The notes beneath the pieces were generated by a model that was not told the origin of the DNA, ran no database searches, and saw only the letters and a program-made list of their open reading frames with translations. Positions 9,946 through 20,025 of a DNA stretch of 64,000 nucleotides are shown in pieces; the stretch's first letter is position 1, and each line of letters opens with the position of its first letter. The DNA is from a virus (taxonomy: Duplodnaviria; Caudoviricetes): positions 26,066 to 90,065 of the IMG/VR virus record IMGVR_UViG_3300010429_000664; one strand, 5' to 3'. The position numbers were made by a program, and so were the translations under genes.

Positions 9946-10281
9946 ATGATTAAACATGCTGTAGACGATTTTCGTAAATCGAACGGTTCGTTTCAAGTTA
10001 TCTGGGAAAACTGGATAACTGAACGATGTGCCGGTCATTCAAAGGCTATGGCATTTAATCACGGTATATATCATGCCGACTCGATGTGGCTGAATGGACT
10101 AAATGAAGCGGTCTGCTGTTCTCATATTTGGCTAGGCAAAGAGGATATGATTCGATATATGGTATTTGAGCTATTAGGAAAGAGTAACGGACATCGTACT
10201 ATACTGTTGAACTCATGTAGAATGGGCGGACAAGACTATATCGCCGACGGAATGATTTATCTGACGATTAGAGGGATTTAA
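9946..10281 (+). CDS. Minimal CAP (SCP/YkwD-like) domain protein
   Basis: HSKAMA..H, S.GHR.ILL and G......Y.T motif order of CAP domains; start reassigned to the TAATATG-coupled ATG 9946. Confidence 0.6.
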   Translation: MIKHAVDDFRKSNGSFQVIWENWITERCAGHSKAMAFNHGIYHADSMWLNGLNEAVCCSHIWLGKEDMIRYMVFELLGKSNGHRTILLNSCRMGGQDYIADGMIYLTIRGI

Positions 10282-10993
10282 GTTTGTCTAGTATTGCTTT
10301 ACGCTCTTCTTGCTGGTCTATTTTATAATCCAACCGTTTAAAAAACTCGTCATAACTTATTTTCGGTATAATATCTTCTGGTATTTTTGATATGGGGCTT
10401 ACGTTATATATTTTGACGTTTTTAACCGTTAAATAAGGTTCGTAATCTTTTCTGACCCTACCGCTGTCGTTGTAATAAGAAACCTTCCCTATTCCCCGAT
10501 GCAGTATTTCTCCCTGATAAAAATGAGTTATTGGATTTCCTTTTTCGTCTTTTTCGGCTCCTTTAGTAAACGAAGCATTACCAGCGTCCGCTTTTCGTAC
10601 TTCACCGTAGTCCATTCCGAGTAAAAATATATCGCCCTCTCCTAGTAAATAGATACCCATTGTTAGTGCAAATAATCCGCATAGAGAGGACTTATATACC
10701 CCCGTCTTTAATGTGGGGTCAAACTGAGCCGTTTGTTTAAACATATGTAGATTGTTAGGCTTGTCTTTTAGTATATCTCTATGAAAGTTGCCGATTATTA
10801 AAGGTAGATGGCTCATTCTCATACGTTCGTCTATCCAGAACTTATAATCCACAAAGAACTGTACGGTAGGTACGAAATATTTGTAACTATAATTGCAGCC
10901 AAATGTATATTTGTCTTTAAGAAAATCCCATAATCCAAGCGCCAGACCCTCTTTTATGCTGGAACCTCCTCCGATGATGGTTAACTGCCTCAT
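10268..10993 (-). CDS. DUF115/MptE-like (Maf-type) putative glycosyltransferase
   Basis: IIGGGSSI, FGCNYSY, FFVD and IFLLGMDY motifs of the DUF115/Maf fold. Confidence 0.55.
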   Translation of the reverse strand: MRQLTIIGGGSSIKEGLALGLWDFLKDKYTFGCNYSYKYFVPTVQFFVDYKFWIDERMRMSHLPLIIGNFHRDILKDKPNNLHMFKQTAQFDPTLKTGVYKSSLCGLFALTMGIYLLGEGDIFLLGMDYGEVRKADAGNASFTKGAEKDEKGNPITHFYQGEILHRGIGKVSYYNDSGRVRKDYEPYLTVKNVKIYNVSPISKIPEDIIPKISYDEFFKRLDYKIDQQEERKAILDKLKSL

Positions 10994-11032
10994 ATTACCC
11001 CTAATTTCTTACGTAGATAGGCCGTCCTGGCG

Positions 11033-11824
11033 TTATTTACTAGGATATGGGTTGATACCCTTCCAAGTCTTCGGATATGGCGTTTTAGGGTATATTACCC
11101 ATCCAGAAATACCCATTTTCTCGCGTACGATTGATAGATATTTGCCCAAACGCGCCCTATAAACACGATAGTCTTCTGGCTGACAGGCAACGTGAAATGT
11201 CTGTATTTTATTTGTCCACAAACACTTATAACCACTTGTCTTCAAATTCCAGAAGAAAACTTCGTGTTCGGCAATTTTTAGGTCATTATCCCAAGGACGC
11301 TGGATTAGTACATCTGTTTTACCCAAAAACGTATTATTACATAAATCTACGACTAAATACTCAACTCCTTCGTATGTAAATACTTCTGTAGAATATTCAA
11401 GCACAAAACCTTGCTTGGTTAGCTGCATTTTATATTCCCAGGGGCATTTACGACCTGATTCGTCAAAAGATACCAAAGCTAGAGTTGGTTGGCTTTCCAG
11501 TAGCCTATACAAACCAGACAGGTCTTCTTTACGTTTAAATCTAATCGAATCGGCCATCATCAGGCAATATGGTATCTGCTTTTCCGATGCTTTGGATACT
11601 AAGAAATTACGAGCATAAGATAGGCCGCAGTCGAATGGTAATTCGTAGTAATAAAGGTCCTTTATGACTTTTTCGTAATTTTTCTTCTTTTGTTCTGCAA
11701 ATTTACCTTGGTCGCCAACTAAAATAATCGAATTATCAGGCCGATACTTATCCAGATTCTGTAGAGTTTCGAACAAAAGTTCGTCGCGAAGAAACGTGGT
11801 TATAATCAAGGCTACTTGGCACAT
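11033..11824 (-). CDS. GT-A fold (GT2-like) glycosyltransferase
   Basis: [33 protein letters not shown] motifs; DxD site reads ADS. Confidence 0.8.
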   Translation of the reverse strand: MCQVALIITTFLRDELLFETLQNLDKYRPDNSIILVGDQGKFAEQKKKNYEKVIKDLYYYELPFDCGLSYARNFLVSKASEKQIPYCLMMADSIRFKRKEDLSGLYRLLESQPTLALVSFDESGRKCPWEYKMQLTKQGFVLEYSTEVFTYEGVEYLVVDLCNNTFLGKTDVLIQRPWDNDLKIAEHEVFFWNLKTSGYKCLWTNKIQTFHVACQPEDYRVYRARLGKYLSIVREKMGISGWVIYPKTPYPKTWKGINPYPSK

Positions 11825-12630
11825 AGATTATATCCTTTAATTATCTTACTAAAAAATCTTGTCCAGTATTTTCTTTCAAAATTAACTCTAGCGTGGCATT
11901 TTTGACATAAAGTTATTAAGTTATTTTCCTTGCAATCTAATTTATTATAGTCTATATGATGAACGGAAAGATTGCGGTAATATAGTCTTCGATGTTGATG
12001 TTCGGATAAACCACATAACTTACAAACAAATCCATCTCGTTGTCGAATTTGATATTTTAATTTATCTGTAAACTCAAAGGCGTATGGCATTTTACTTAAA
12101 CCGCCTTTCCACATCGGGTTCAAACATCCGTATTTACCAAACATCGGATTGTTTTGCCCTCTAAAAAATATACTTCTTTCTCTTGATAATTTTTTCTTTA
12201 CTTCTGGAGAAATCTTTAACTTTAAACCTAGATGATTTTTCCTTAATAGACGTTTTGTTTTGACAGTATGTTTTTTCCCTTTAAATGAAGAAGGATAGTC
12301 TAATCGATGACATGGAATTTTATATTTTTTAAGTTTATTTATAATCGTTGAACTTGAGCATCCCAAAAGTTTTGCTATCTTTATTGTAGATAGGTGATTT
12401 TGAATATAAAGCTCATTCAGTTCTGTTTTAGAAATTGAGAAACGTTCCGGACATTTTTTTAGTTTGTTTGCTTGAGATAAATTTCTTCGAGAAATATTGT
12501 ATCTTATCATATGACTTCTAACAGTGACAGCGCTAACTTTAAAATAAAAAGCTATGTCTCTTATGGACATTAGTTTTTTAAAATATAGAAAAATAATTTT
12601 ATTTTTATTTAGATTAATCTGTAGTGCCAT
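11812..12630 (-). mobile_element. Free-standing HNH homing endonuclease with HTH/NUMOD-like repeats
   Basis: CKLC...VHHIDYNK....NNLITLCQKCH HNH/zinc motif; likely start ATG 12630 (MALQIN) just after the WbqC stop. Confidence 0.85.
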
Positions 12631-12637
12631 ATTAATA

Positions 12638-13345
12638 TTACGATAAGTGCGACTTGAGGCATTCGAGGTCTCGCGGTTGATTGAACATATAGTCGAGTAT
12701 TGACATGTTAGGAATAAAGTCATCTGAAAGCTGAACATAACTTGATGTGGGGGCGGGCGGATAACTGAAAATAACGGGAATATCGTGGTCTTCAAATAAT
12801 TTCATATCCAAATATTCTCGTCCGCTCGGACCTGATAAATAAACTTGCTCTACTTCATTATCTCCGAAAGCGTCTACTATCTGATAAAGTAGTTCTGACC
12901 CGGTTTTATTGTCTGGTAACTTCATAGCCGACTGTACAACAATATTACGATGTAAACCAAACCAGTCTATTACAAGGTCTAGAAGATTACAATTTAAATG
13001 TAATAGTAGTTCGAATTTATGATTGATTATTTTTTCAAGACGCGGATATAGAATATTGAACGACAAACTTTTCGAATAAGCGTGACGCAGTGTTTCCAAA
13101 TACTTGCGCTGCCAGTTTTCTTTGTAGCATATTTTAATATCTGTCATAGATGTCTCAGAAGGTGCGTTATAAACGGGAACAGTTAACCAGTGTTCCTTTC
13201 CGTTTAACACAATACGATTTCTATTACAATAATAGTTCTTCTGATACTGTGCTTTGTCAAGCAAAACAAATACGTCCGACGATATATACTTTTTCCAAAA
13301 TCCTAGATAACTAAGATGCTCGCTTTGATGAATAGATATTATCAT
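12638..13345 (-). CDS. WbqC-like family protein
   Basis: SIHQSEHLSYLGFWKK...DVFVLLD..QY.KN...NRNRI...WLTVP and YLSGPSGREYLD motifs. Confidence 0.88.
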   Translation of the reverse strand: MIISIHQSEHLSYLGFWKKYISSDVFVLLDKAQYQKNYYCNRNRIVLNGKEHWLTVPVYNAPSETSMTDIKICYKENWQRKYLETLRHAYSKSLSFNILYPRLEKIINHKFELLLHLNCNLLDLVIDWFGLHRNIVVQSAMKLPDNKTGSELLYQIVDAFGDNEVEQVYLSGPSGREYLDMKLFEDHDIPVIFSYPPAPTSSYVQLSDDFIPNMSILDYMFNQPRDLECLKSHLS

Positions 13346-13995
13346 AGTACCTCATATGTCATTTTAATAGGCTCAAAGCATTCGCAGAAATCTTTTTGTG
13401 CTTCTATTCCTCTCATTTTATTAACTGAAAAAACGAGTTGACTCCAATAACTATGTTTATCGACCTGAGAACGGTGGCATTTAATAGATTGTAGCTTTTT
13501 AGTAAAATGCTGTGATATATCTGTATATATAATGGGTCGAAATGGAATACTGGATAATTTGGATGGATAAATAGGCTCGAACATCCATATATTATTATAT
13601 TTTCGAGAGGCTGACAAAACACATTTAGCGGTATTCAGATGGTCTTGATGAGAATCGCAGTTATGATGATGCGTGATTATTAAATCCGGGCATATATTAT
13701 CAATAATCGCGTTTAAACGTTCTACTGTTTCCGCATCATGTTTTACATGTTTAGTTTGAATGTTTAAATTATATACGCGCTCATCATTCACGCCAAGAAC
13801 CCGTAACGCTTCCAACGACTCTACTCTGGCGTCAGCTAAAGTTCGCTCAATTTTTCCATCGTAATTGGTAAAGTCAGAAGCCGTCATTAAAATACAGTAA
13901 ACGTTATGCCCTTTTGCCGTTAGATTAGAGACAAATCCTCCGGCACTAAGTTCGATATCATCCGCGTGAGCGCCTACCAGTGCAACATCAGTCAT
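13342..13995 (-). CDS. PIG-L/LmbE family deacetylase
   Basis: GAHADDIEL (HxDD), R..E..EA...LG, PDLIITH, DSHQDH motifs. Confidence 0.9.
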   Translation of the reverse strand: MTDVALVGAHADDIELSAGGFVSNLTAKGHNVYCILMTASDFTNYDGKIERTLADARVESLEALRVLGVNDERVYNLNIQTKHVKHDAETVERLNAIIDNICPDLIITHHHNCDSHQDHLNTAKCVLSASRKYNNIWMFEPIYPSKLSSIPFRPIIYTDISQHFTKKLQSIKCHRSQVDKHSYWSQLVFSVNKMRGIEAQKDFCECFEPIKMTYEVL

Positions 13996-15286
13996 TAATT
14001 TTCTCCCACTTCATACCGAAAAGTTTATGCAAATAATGAACAACCGGAAATGGAACGTTATAATTTCTCCCTAGCAGTTGATTACCTTGCTTTACTTTTT
14101 CCGGATACCACATATCGATTTCAAACGTGACTCCGTCTTTAATATATTTATCGTCCATCTCTGTAAACCCTGATTCTAAAAGTTCACGTTTTATAATCGA
14201 TTTATTAGCGCGAGTTGCTATCTGAATAGGAGATTTTAGTTGAATATGATTCATATACCTTCTACAAGTGTCTTTCACAAAACAGTACTCTTTAGTAACT
14301 TTTTCAATCGCGGCTGCAAATTGACATATTACTTTATTTATATCGTTGATAGGCTCTTTCGGCAAAACTATAATTGGCTTGCTTTCGATTTTTTCTATAA
14401 TTTCAGGTTCGTTTATGTTTGTTGGTATTTTCCATAGCGTACCGTTGTGATAGTTACGCCCGTCTAAATAGTCAACACCCCATTTATGAATATAGTAAGG
14501 CCAAAATCTATTATTGCGCTTACGGTAAGAATTATATTCCGGAGCTGATATCGATATATTTTGATTTGCGCTTGTATGATTCGAACATATTACTTTATAC
14601 GGACTTTTATATTTAATCTGTAAAAACGTGTCTAAATGTTCGGCTAACTTCAAGTTATTATCCCATCGTATATAGTTAAATAAATCGCTTTTAGCAAGAC
14701 AGAAATTCATAGTCATATCGCATCGTATTCCATGACCAAAGTAGTCATCTTCTTTTTCGTGCGCGTCCGTGTATATTACTCGGCGGTCTTTTATTTCCAA
14801 ATTTACTTCATAGTTATTAGTCAGGTTTCCATACTTCTCTAAAAATCCAACAACTCCAAGTTTTTCGTCTTGTTCTAGTAAATCTATGAGCGATTTAATG
14901 TCCGTTTGATTGGTAAAAAGATTATCACAATCGCACCATATAATAAAAGGCTCGGACGTACGTTCAAGTAATTTATTATGAGCACGAGAGTAGCCAGCGT
15001 CAAATCCAACTCCTATCACTTCGTGACCTGCTTTAATTAGTCGCTGATATAGTTTGGCCGTATTAATATCAAAAACTCCCTGTTCTGCTATATATATTTT
15101 AACGCCCGGCTCGTATATAAAAATGCTTCGAAGAAGATTTAATAACAATTTATCGCGTAAAAAATTATCTACCAAGACTGCAACGCGATGATGTTTGCTG
15201 GGAGGAATAATATGAACCTTATTAAGTTCTTCTTCCGTAAACGGAAGTAGCGACTCAGTTATTATAGGAAGATTTTCAAATATCAT
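13988..15286 (-). CDS. GT2-like glycosyltransferase with C-terminal degenerate LicD-like domain
   Basis: [36 protein letters not shown]; the C-terminal ~120 aa align by eye with the neighbouring LicD domain but lack its acidic motif. Confidence 0.75.
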   Translation of the reverse strand: MIFENLPIITESLLPFTEEELNKVHIIPPSKHHRVAVLVDNFLRDKLLLNLLRSIFIYEPGVKIYIAEQGVFDINTAKLYQRLIKAGHEVIGVGFDAGYSRAHNKLLERTSEPFIIWCDCDNLFTNQTDIKSLIDLLEQDEKLGVVGFLEKYGNLTNNYEVNLEIKDRRVIYTDAHEKEDDYFGHGIRCDMTMNFCLAKSDLFNYIRWDNNLKLAEHLDTFLQIKYKSPYKVICSNHTSANQNISISAPEYNSYRKRNNRFWPYYIHKWGVDYLDGRNYHNGTLWKIPTNINEPEIIEKIESKPIIVLPKEPINDINKVICQFAAAIEKVTKEYCFVKDTCRRYMNHIQLKSPIQIATRANKSIIKRELLESGFTEMDDKYIKDGVTFEIDMWYPEKVKQGNQLLGRNYNVPFPVVHYLHKLFGMKWEKIND

Positions 15287-16608
15287 TCTCGTACCTTTAT
15301 AATATCACTTTCGTTAGCTATGTTCCATTTTTGCATAAACAGTTTCATACCGATGTTTCCGTTAATTGTTCTTCTAAATTTCATATATTCCGGAGAGTTA
15401 TCTTTCTGTTGATGGTTTATTTCAACGGAATCTGTAAAGGTTACTAGCCATTTATTTATATTTTTAATTTGTAAATAGAAGTCGGTATGTTCCGTTAATT
15501 TAAGAGTATTATCCCACATTACATCGTTAAAAAGTTCTCGACGAAACATAGTAAAGTTTAAAATGATATCCCAGTAATAAAACGCTATCTTTTTTTGGAT
15601 TGATGTTTCGTAACTATAAAAAAGTTTTTTAGGTTGGTTATAAAAGTAAAAAAGTTTTTTATCTTTTAGTATAAGTTTGTAGTTGTATGGTTGGTGATTT
15701 TTAAGAACCCCGCCTACCGCTCCAATTTCGGCTTCTGTATTTAAAACGTTTATAAAGTTTTGAATTTTAGTTGTATCGGTAACTTGAAAGTCATCATCTA
15801 CTAAAAGAATATAAGGTTCGTTGGTCTGTTTAACAAGATAATTTCTGGCGTACGATAGCCCGCAGTTAAAAGGAAGATAAAATACTTTATGACCTAATTG
15901 CTGTAAGTATTGGTAATACTTCTCTTTTTCATTCGTATAAATACCCTGGTCAGCAATGTATATTCTAACCCAGTCGTTAGAGTAGGTATTTAATATAGAA
16001 TCAATCAGCACTTTCGCATTTTTATCTCTTAAAAATGTAGGAATAATAACAGCTATTTTTCTCCAATCTCGGTCAATATTAGAAGTTCGTTCGCTTACCC
16101 ACTGTTGGTCAGGATTTCTCCAACTACCGTAATGAGCTGTTAAAATCTCGTCCGCAGAAGCAGGTATGTTAAAATAATGATTTGGAAAGGAAGTGATTGT
16201 AAAATTTTCAAATAACTCTTTTGGCCATCGTTCTCTCCATTCGATATCCCAAACGCCTGTAAATTTATTGGGCTTATAAGAATAAGAGTAAACATTTTTT
16301 TCGTCTCTATCGTGAAAAAATAAGTCGAGTTTAAACTCAGAACGACTGCCGTATTTCAGAATAACGGCACATTCTCTTCTCCAAATAGAAAAAAATCTCC
16401 ACTTATTTGATTCGGATACTATCTTTCTGACCTTCCAATAATCTTCTGCCCAAATACCTATATCGATATCGTCGTCCCAAGGAATAAAATCTCCATGTCG
16501 TAAGGCTCCAATCAACGTTCCAAAAGAAAGCCAGTAGTGAACTCCATGTTCATCTAAGAAATCAATAAACTCATAAAAATACTGTCTAAAATGGTCTGAA
16601 ATTTTCAC
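15283..16608 (-). CDS. LicD-family phosphotransferase fused to GT2-like glycosyltransferase
   Basis: [27 protein letters not shown] (LicD), followed by PTFLRD...GLSYARN...LLVDDD...LKLTEH (GT-A). Confidence 0.88.
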   Translation of the reverse strand: MKISDHFRQYFYEFIDFLDEHGVHYWLSFGTLIGALRHGDFIPWDDDIDIGIWAEDYWKVRKIVSESNKWRFFSIWRRECAVILKYGSRSEFKLDLFFHDRDEKNVYSYSYKPNKFTGVWDIEWRERWPKELFENFTITSFPNHYFNIPASADEILTAHYGSWRNPDQQWVSERTSNIDRDWRKIAVIIPTFLRDKNAKVLIDSILNTYSNDWVRIYIADQGIYTNEKEKYYQYLQQLGHKVFYLPFNCGLSYARNYLVKQTNEPYILLVDDDFQVTDTTKIQNFINVLNTEAEIGAVGGVLKNHQPYNYKLILKDKKLFYFYNQPKKLFYSYETSIQKKIAFYYWDIILNFTMFRRELFNDVMWDNTLKLTEHTDFYLQIKNINKWLVTFTDSVEINHQQKDNSPEYMKFRRTINGNIGMKLFMQKWNIANESDIIKVRE

Positions 16609-17045
16609 TGCTTTTTTACCTGTTGTTCTATTATTGCATAAGCATTTTGAATAATACGACGCTTGATTTCACTACTAGATAGATGTTTTGTATACGGCAA
16701 AAAGACTACTTTTCCACGTTCGCGCAACCAATTCAAACCGTCGTTATCGTTTCTAGATTCCCAGTCATTGCCTACCGTAAACAAATCGCATTTCAATTCT
16801 AAAAATTGCTGTACATCTATTAATGTCTTTTGACAAACAACTTCGTCTACATAATCGCAGTGTTTTACAATTTCTAAACGTTCGTTATATGGAATAATAG
16901 GTTTAAGTCCTTTGGCTCCTTCTATCAGTTCGTCCGTAGAAACTCCGACTATTAAATAGTCTCCCAGTTCTTTTGAACGTCGAAGCAGTTCAATATGCCC
17001 GAAGTGAAAAATATCCCACGAACCAGCAGTAAATACTCTAGTCAT
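16605..17045 (-). CDS. TagD-type (glycerol-3-phosphate-like) cytidylyltransferase
   Basis: [12 protein letters not shown] (HxGH), [30 protein letters not shown]. Confidence 0.88.
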   Translation of the reverse strand: MTRVFTAGSWDIFHFGHIELLRRSKELGDYLIVGVSTDELIEGAKGLKPIIPYNERLEIVKHCDYVDEVVCQKTLIDVQQFLELKCDLFTVGNDWESRNDNDGLNWLRERGKVVFLPYTKHLSSSEIKRRIIQNAYAIIEQQVKKQ

Positions 17046-17532
17046 ACAAAAGAACCCCTACTCGAAAGAATGTACCGTACTCCCACACCGGGAAACGTAA
17101 CTGAATGCCGGTTATTTCTTTAAAAAAGTTAACAACATTTATACCGGTAGCTTCTATAGGAATAATCATTTTATCAGGTTTAGAGCAAAGATATGTACAG
17201 TGAGAGCACTCTTTGCATGAGCCAGCTCCGTATATCAGAGAGTTTGAAAAACTTTTCTTAAGTTCGCGGAGTTTGTCAGCCAGTTCAATGCTAGATTTAC
17301 GTCCGAGTTCCTGCCAATTAGACTTCCAGGTTTTCTTATCTACCGCGTACTGCTGATAAATAAGAATACCCTTGGACGCTAGTTGAAATAGTTCTCGATA
17401 TTCGTCGATGTTAGGTAATGCAGGTGGACAACAAGGAACATTTCCAAAACGTTTGCACGACCGACACGCTAGACGAGTATTAGAGCTGAAATGTCTTTGT
17501 AATATTTCAGGGTTAAATGGAATAATGGTCAT
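17038..17532 (-). CDS. DUF2284 predicted metal-binding protein
   Basis: C..CKRFG..PCCPP and GAGSC..C..C...C..PD....P.EATGINV Cys pattern. Confidence 0.8.
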   Translation of the reverse strand: MTIIPFNPEILQRHFSSNTRLACRSCKRFGNVPCCPPALPNIDEYRELFQLASKGILIYQQYAVDKKTWKSNWQELGRKSSIELADKLRELKKSFSNSLIYGAGSCKECSHCTYLCSKPDKMIIPIEATGINVVNFFKEITGIQLRFPVWEYGTFFRVGVLLYD

Positions 17533-17538
17533 ATTAAT

Positions 17539-17567
17539 ATTATATCATAAATAGAGGTTGGAGTCAA
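17539..17567 (-). promoter_or_regulatory. Sigma70-type promoter, probably leaderless start
   Basis: TTGACT-17-TATAAT with TGn; ATG 17532 begins 7 nt after the -10 box and has no SD. Confidence 0.75.
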
Positions 17568-18274
17568 GTAAGTTCATATCCTCCTGTCACGTTAATAATC
17601 TGCCCTGTAACATACGAGTTGTCAACCAGTTGCATTGCCATTGAAGCAATTTCACTTGACTGAGCAAATCTCGAAAGAGGAATTTGATTATTAATGCGTT
17701 CTAATTGTGCATCGGACTTACCGGAATGCCACTCGGATTGTGTAAAACCAGGTGCTATGGCATTTACCGTAATTGCCTTATTTTTTAAGGCGAATTCAAC
17801 AGCTAATCGCTTCACAGCAGCATTTATACCGGCTTTCGATACAGCGTAGGATAACGAAGTACCTCTTGGGCATTCTGCCAACACTGATGATATAAAGATT
17901 ACTCTGGAATTATTTGTCAGTTTAGATTCTACACGTTGAAGAAAGAATAGCGGAGCTGTTAAGTTTGTATCTATAACTTTATTCCACTTGTCAATGTCCA
18001 TGTTGCTAAACGGAGTTCGGTCTGTAATACCTACGTTTAAAACGAGGCAGTCTATTTTATCAAGTCCAATAGATAAGTCAGCAAATTTACTCGTATCTAA
18101 CTGTACAATATCATACTGACCCTGATATCCTTCAGTTAAGTATGTGTTCAGGTCTATAGCTTTATTAACATCGTGCGCGTAATTAAAACGCACGAAATAT
18201 CCGCGATGGAGAAGGGCAAGACCAATTTCTCGACCGATACCAGAAGTCGAGCCAGTGACTATAGCGGTTTTCAA
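17564..18274 (-). CDS. Short-chain dehydrogenase/reductase (classical SDR)
   Basis: TGSTSGIG, YAVSK (YxxxK), VNAIAPG, VTGQII.V.GG. Confidence 0.9.
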   Translation of the reverse strand: MKTAIVTGSTSGIGREIGLALLHRGYFVRFNYAHDVNKAIDLNTYLTEGYQGQYDIVQLDTSKFADLSIGLDKIDCLVLNVGITDRTPFSNMDIDKWNKVIDTNLTAPLFFLQRVESKLTNNSRVIFISSVLAECPRGTSLSYAVSKAGINAAVKRLAVEFALKNKAITVNAIAPGFTQSEWHSGKSDAQLERINNQIPLSRFAQSSEIASMAMQLVDNSYVTGQIINVTGGYELT

Positions 18275-18609
18275 TATCCACCTTCCTGCCGTTCAAAGTT
18301 TATCTTGTTTTTCTTGCAATACTCTTCGTATAAATCAGAAGCATCTAGGTCCGCGAATTGTGCTGCGCTCACCAGAAAATGTAAAATATCAACAATCTCT
18401 TTTCGTGCTTCTATCTTATCATACACGCAGCCTTTCTTCCACCATTTCCATCTGGTACAGTCTTTTAGTTCCGCGCATTCTTGCATTAAAGCGGTTGCCA
18501 TCTGAGAAAGCCATAGTTCTTTTTGGTCCGGGTGCATGAAGTCGATATCGACACCAATAGACTTATTAAATTCTTTTTGAAGTTCAAATATACGAATGAG
18601 TTTATCCAC
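18271..18609 (-). CDS. All-alpha (dimeric) dUTPase-like NTP pyrophosphatase
   Basis: ALMQECAEL.D...WKWWK.....EA.KEIVDILHF...Y..KN..N.ERQ. Confidence 0.85.
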   Translation of the reverse strand: MDKLIRIFELQKEFNKSIGVDIDFMHPDQKELWLSQMATALMQECAELKDCTRWKWWKKGCVYDKIEARKEIVDILHFLVSAAQFADLDASDLYEEYCKKNKINFERQEGGY

Positions 18610-19024
18610 GCTTATCCTTTTTTAATGAGGAGGAATAGGACCGGTTATTTTAGTTTCAGTTCCTTTAAACTCAATAAACTCTTCTGGGTCGTACTTAATT
18701 TCAAATGGAGACGATAATGACCATCTTGACTGACAGATAGTACAAAACACTTCTAGTATACCGTTATTGGAACATACGCAAAGCGTTCCGTGGTCTGTTT
18801 TATGTAAAAGTTGAAATGATTGATTTGTCATAGGTTAATGTTGAACCCTTTTATATCCTTTTCTGCTTCAAGGCACTCTTTACAACGAAGTTTATAACTA
18901 TTTTTGCTCCACTCTACCTTTGAGTTTGGAAAAGCGCAGCAACCAAGACAATTAAAGTAACAGTTCATCCCGCAGCAATTTATATCGTCGTCTCGCACTT
19001 CAATAGTAACTTCGATTATCTTTT

Positions 19025-19636
19025 TCATACTACCTCTATTTTATTATCCGCGCTTTCGATTATTTCTGCACGATGGCTGACCATTATTATCTGTCGATTG
19101 AGTTTCTGAGCTAGACTTTTTAAGAAATTAGAAGCTTTGCCAACAAAAGAAGTCGATATATGTTTAAACGATTCGTCTAAAAGCAGCGGCCCTTCTATTT
19201 TTGGAGACGACAGTTCTAATAAAGCTACCCGCAAAGCTAATGAAACTCCGTCTAAGACACCTCCTCCAGAAGTCTCTAATGGATTGAGCGCTTTCTGACA
19301 TTGAGGAGTTTTAATATTGAAATCGAGTTCCTGGTAATTACCGCGACGACCTATTTCGATTGCAAAGTCATAGTCCTGCCCGTATATACTCTTTAACGCA
19401 TATGAAACTATAGTCTCAAACCCTTTCTTAACATTGTCACAGGCAGATTTTTGAAGCATCGTAACGAATTCTACAGACTTCGCATATATTTCTTTATTAT
19501 GCTGTAGATTCTCCAACCGTTGTTTATTTTGCAACTGTTGTGTTTGCAAGACCTCTAATTTACCAGATAATTTAGCATTATTATCTTTTAGAGTGTCAAG
19601 TGATAATTTAATTTTCTTTATTTCCATTAAATTCAT
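19025..19636 (-). CDS. SbcC/Rad50-like ATPase, C-terminal half
   Basis: Short coiled coil, then signature ETSGGG, Walker B LLLDES and His-switch MVSH. Confidence 0.8.
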   Translation of the reverse strand: MNLMEIKKIKLSLDTLKDNNAKLSGKLEVLQTQQLQNKQRLENLQHNKEIYAKSVEFVTMLQKSACDNVKKGFETIVSYALKSIYGQDYDFAIEIGRRGNYQELDFNIKTPQCQKALNPLETSGGGVLDGVSLALRVALLELSSPKIEGPLLLDESFKHISTSFVGKASNFLKSLAQKLNRQIIMVSHRAEIIESADNKIEVV

Positions 19637-19787
19637 AACTAGGACACCTTACTACTACAACGTGGGATAGTTCCTTGCACGACTTCTTACACGACAAACA
19701 CATCTTGTTGATACCGGACACTTGTTCTTCCGTTGAGGTTCCTATTAAGGTCTTTGGTTTGTTTTTACTGCCCTTGGGTCTGCCCAT
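19608..19787 (-). CDS. 59-aa AT-hook + Cys4 protein
   Basis: Hand-translated MGRPKGSKNKPK...CLSCKKSC...RCPSY; GGAGG RBS; not in the ORF track. Confidence 0.6.
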   Translation of the reverse strand: MGRPKGSKNKPKTLIGTSTEEQVSGINKMCLSCKKSCKELSHVVVVRCPSYEFNGNKEN

Positions 19788-20025
19788 TTTCGGCCTCCGT
19801 TATTAGTTTTTGCATTGTTTCTATTCCTTCTTGAATTGCCATTTCCATATCTATCAAGCGAGACTCTATATCTTCCCCATCTTCAATACCTAGTTTCTTC
19901 AACTCTTCTTTCAGCGCTTCTTTCTGTGCTGTTAACTGAGTTCTCTGTCCGTCTATGGAGGCGGCTTCTTTCTTCAGTTTTTCCAACTGAGTTTCAATAC
20001 GTTTCAATTCTTCGGTGTAGTTCAT
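19765..20025 (-). CDS. Small coiled-coil protein
   Basis: 86 aa heptad-rich E/K/L sequence between the Mre11-like gene and the SbcC C-half. Confidence 0.6.
   Translation of the reverse strand: MNYTEELKRIETQLEKLKKEAASIDGQRTQLTAQKEALKEELKKLGIEDGEDIESRLIDMEMAIQEGIETMQKLITEAENGQTQGQ

Noticed and set aside
17038-18609. 7-deazaguanine (queuosine-type) DNA modification cluster
   Set aside because: No FolE, QueC/D/E or DpdA-like motifs were recognised in the window.
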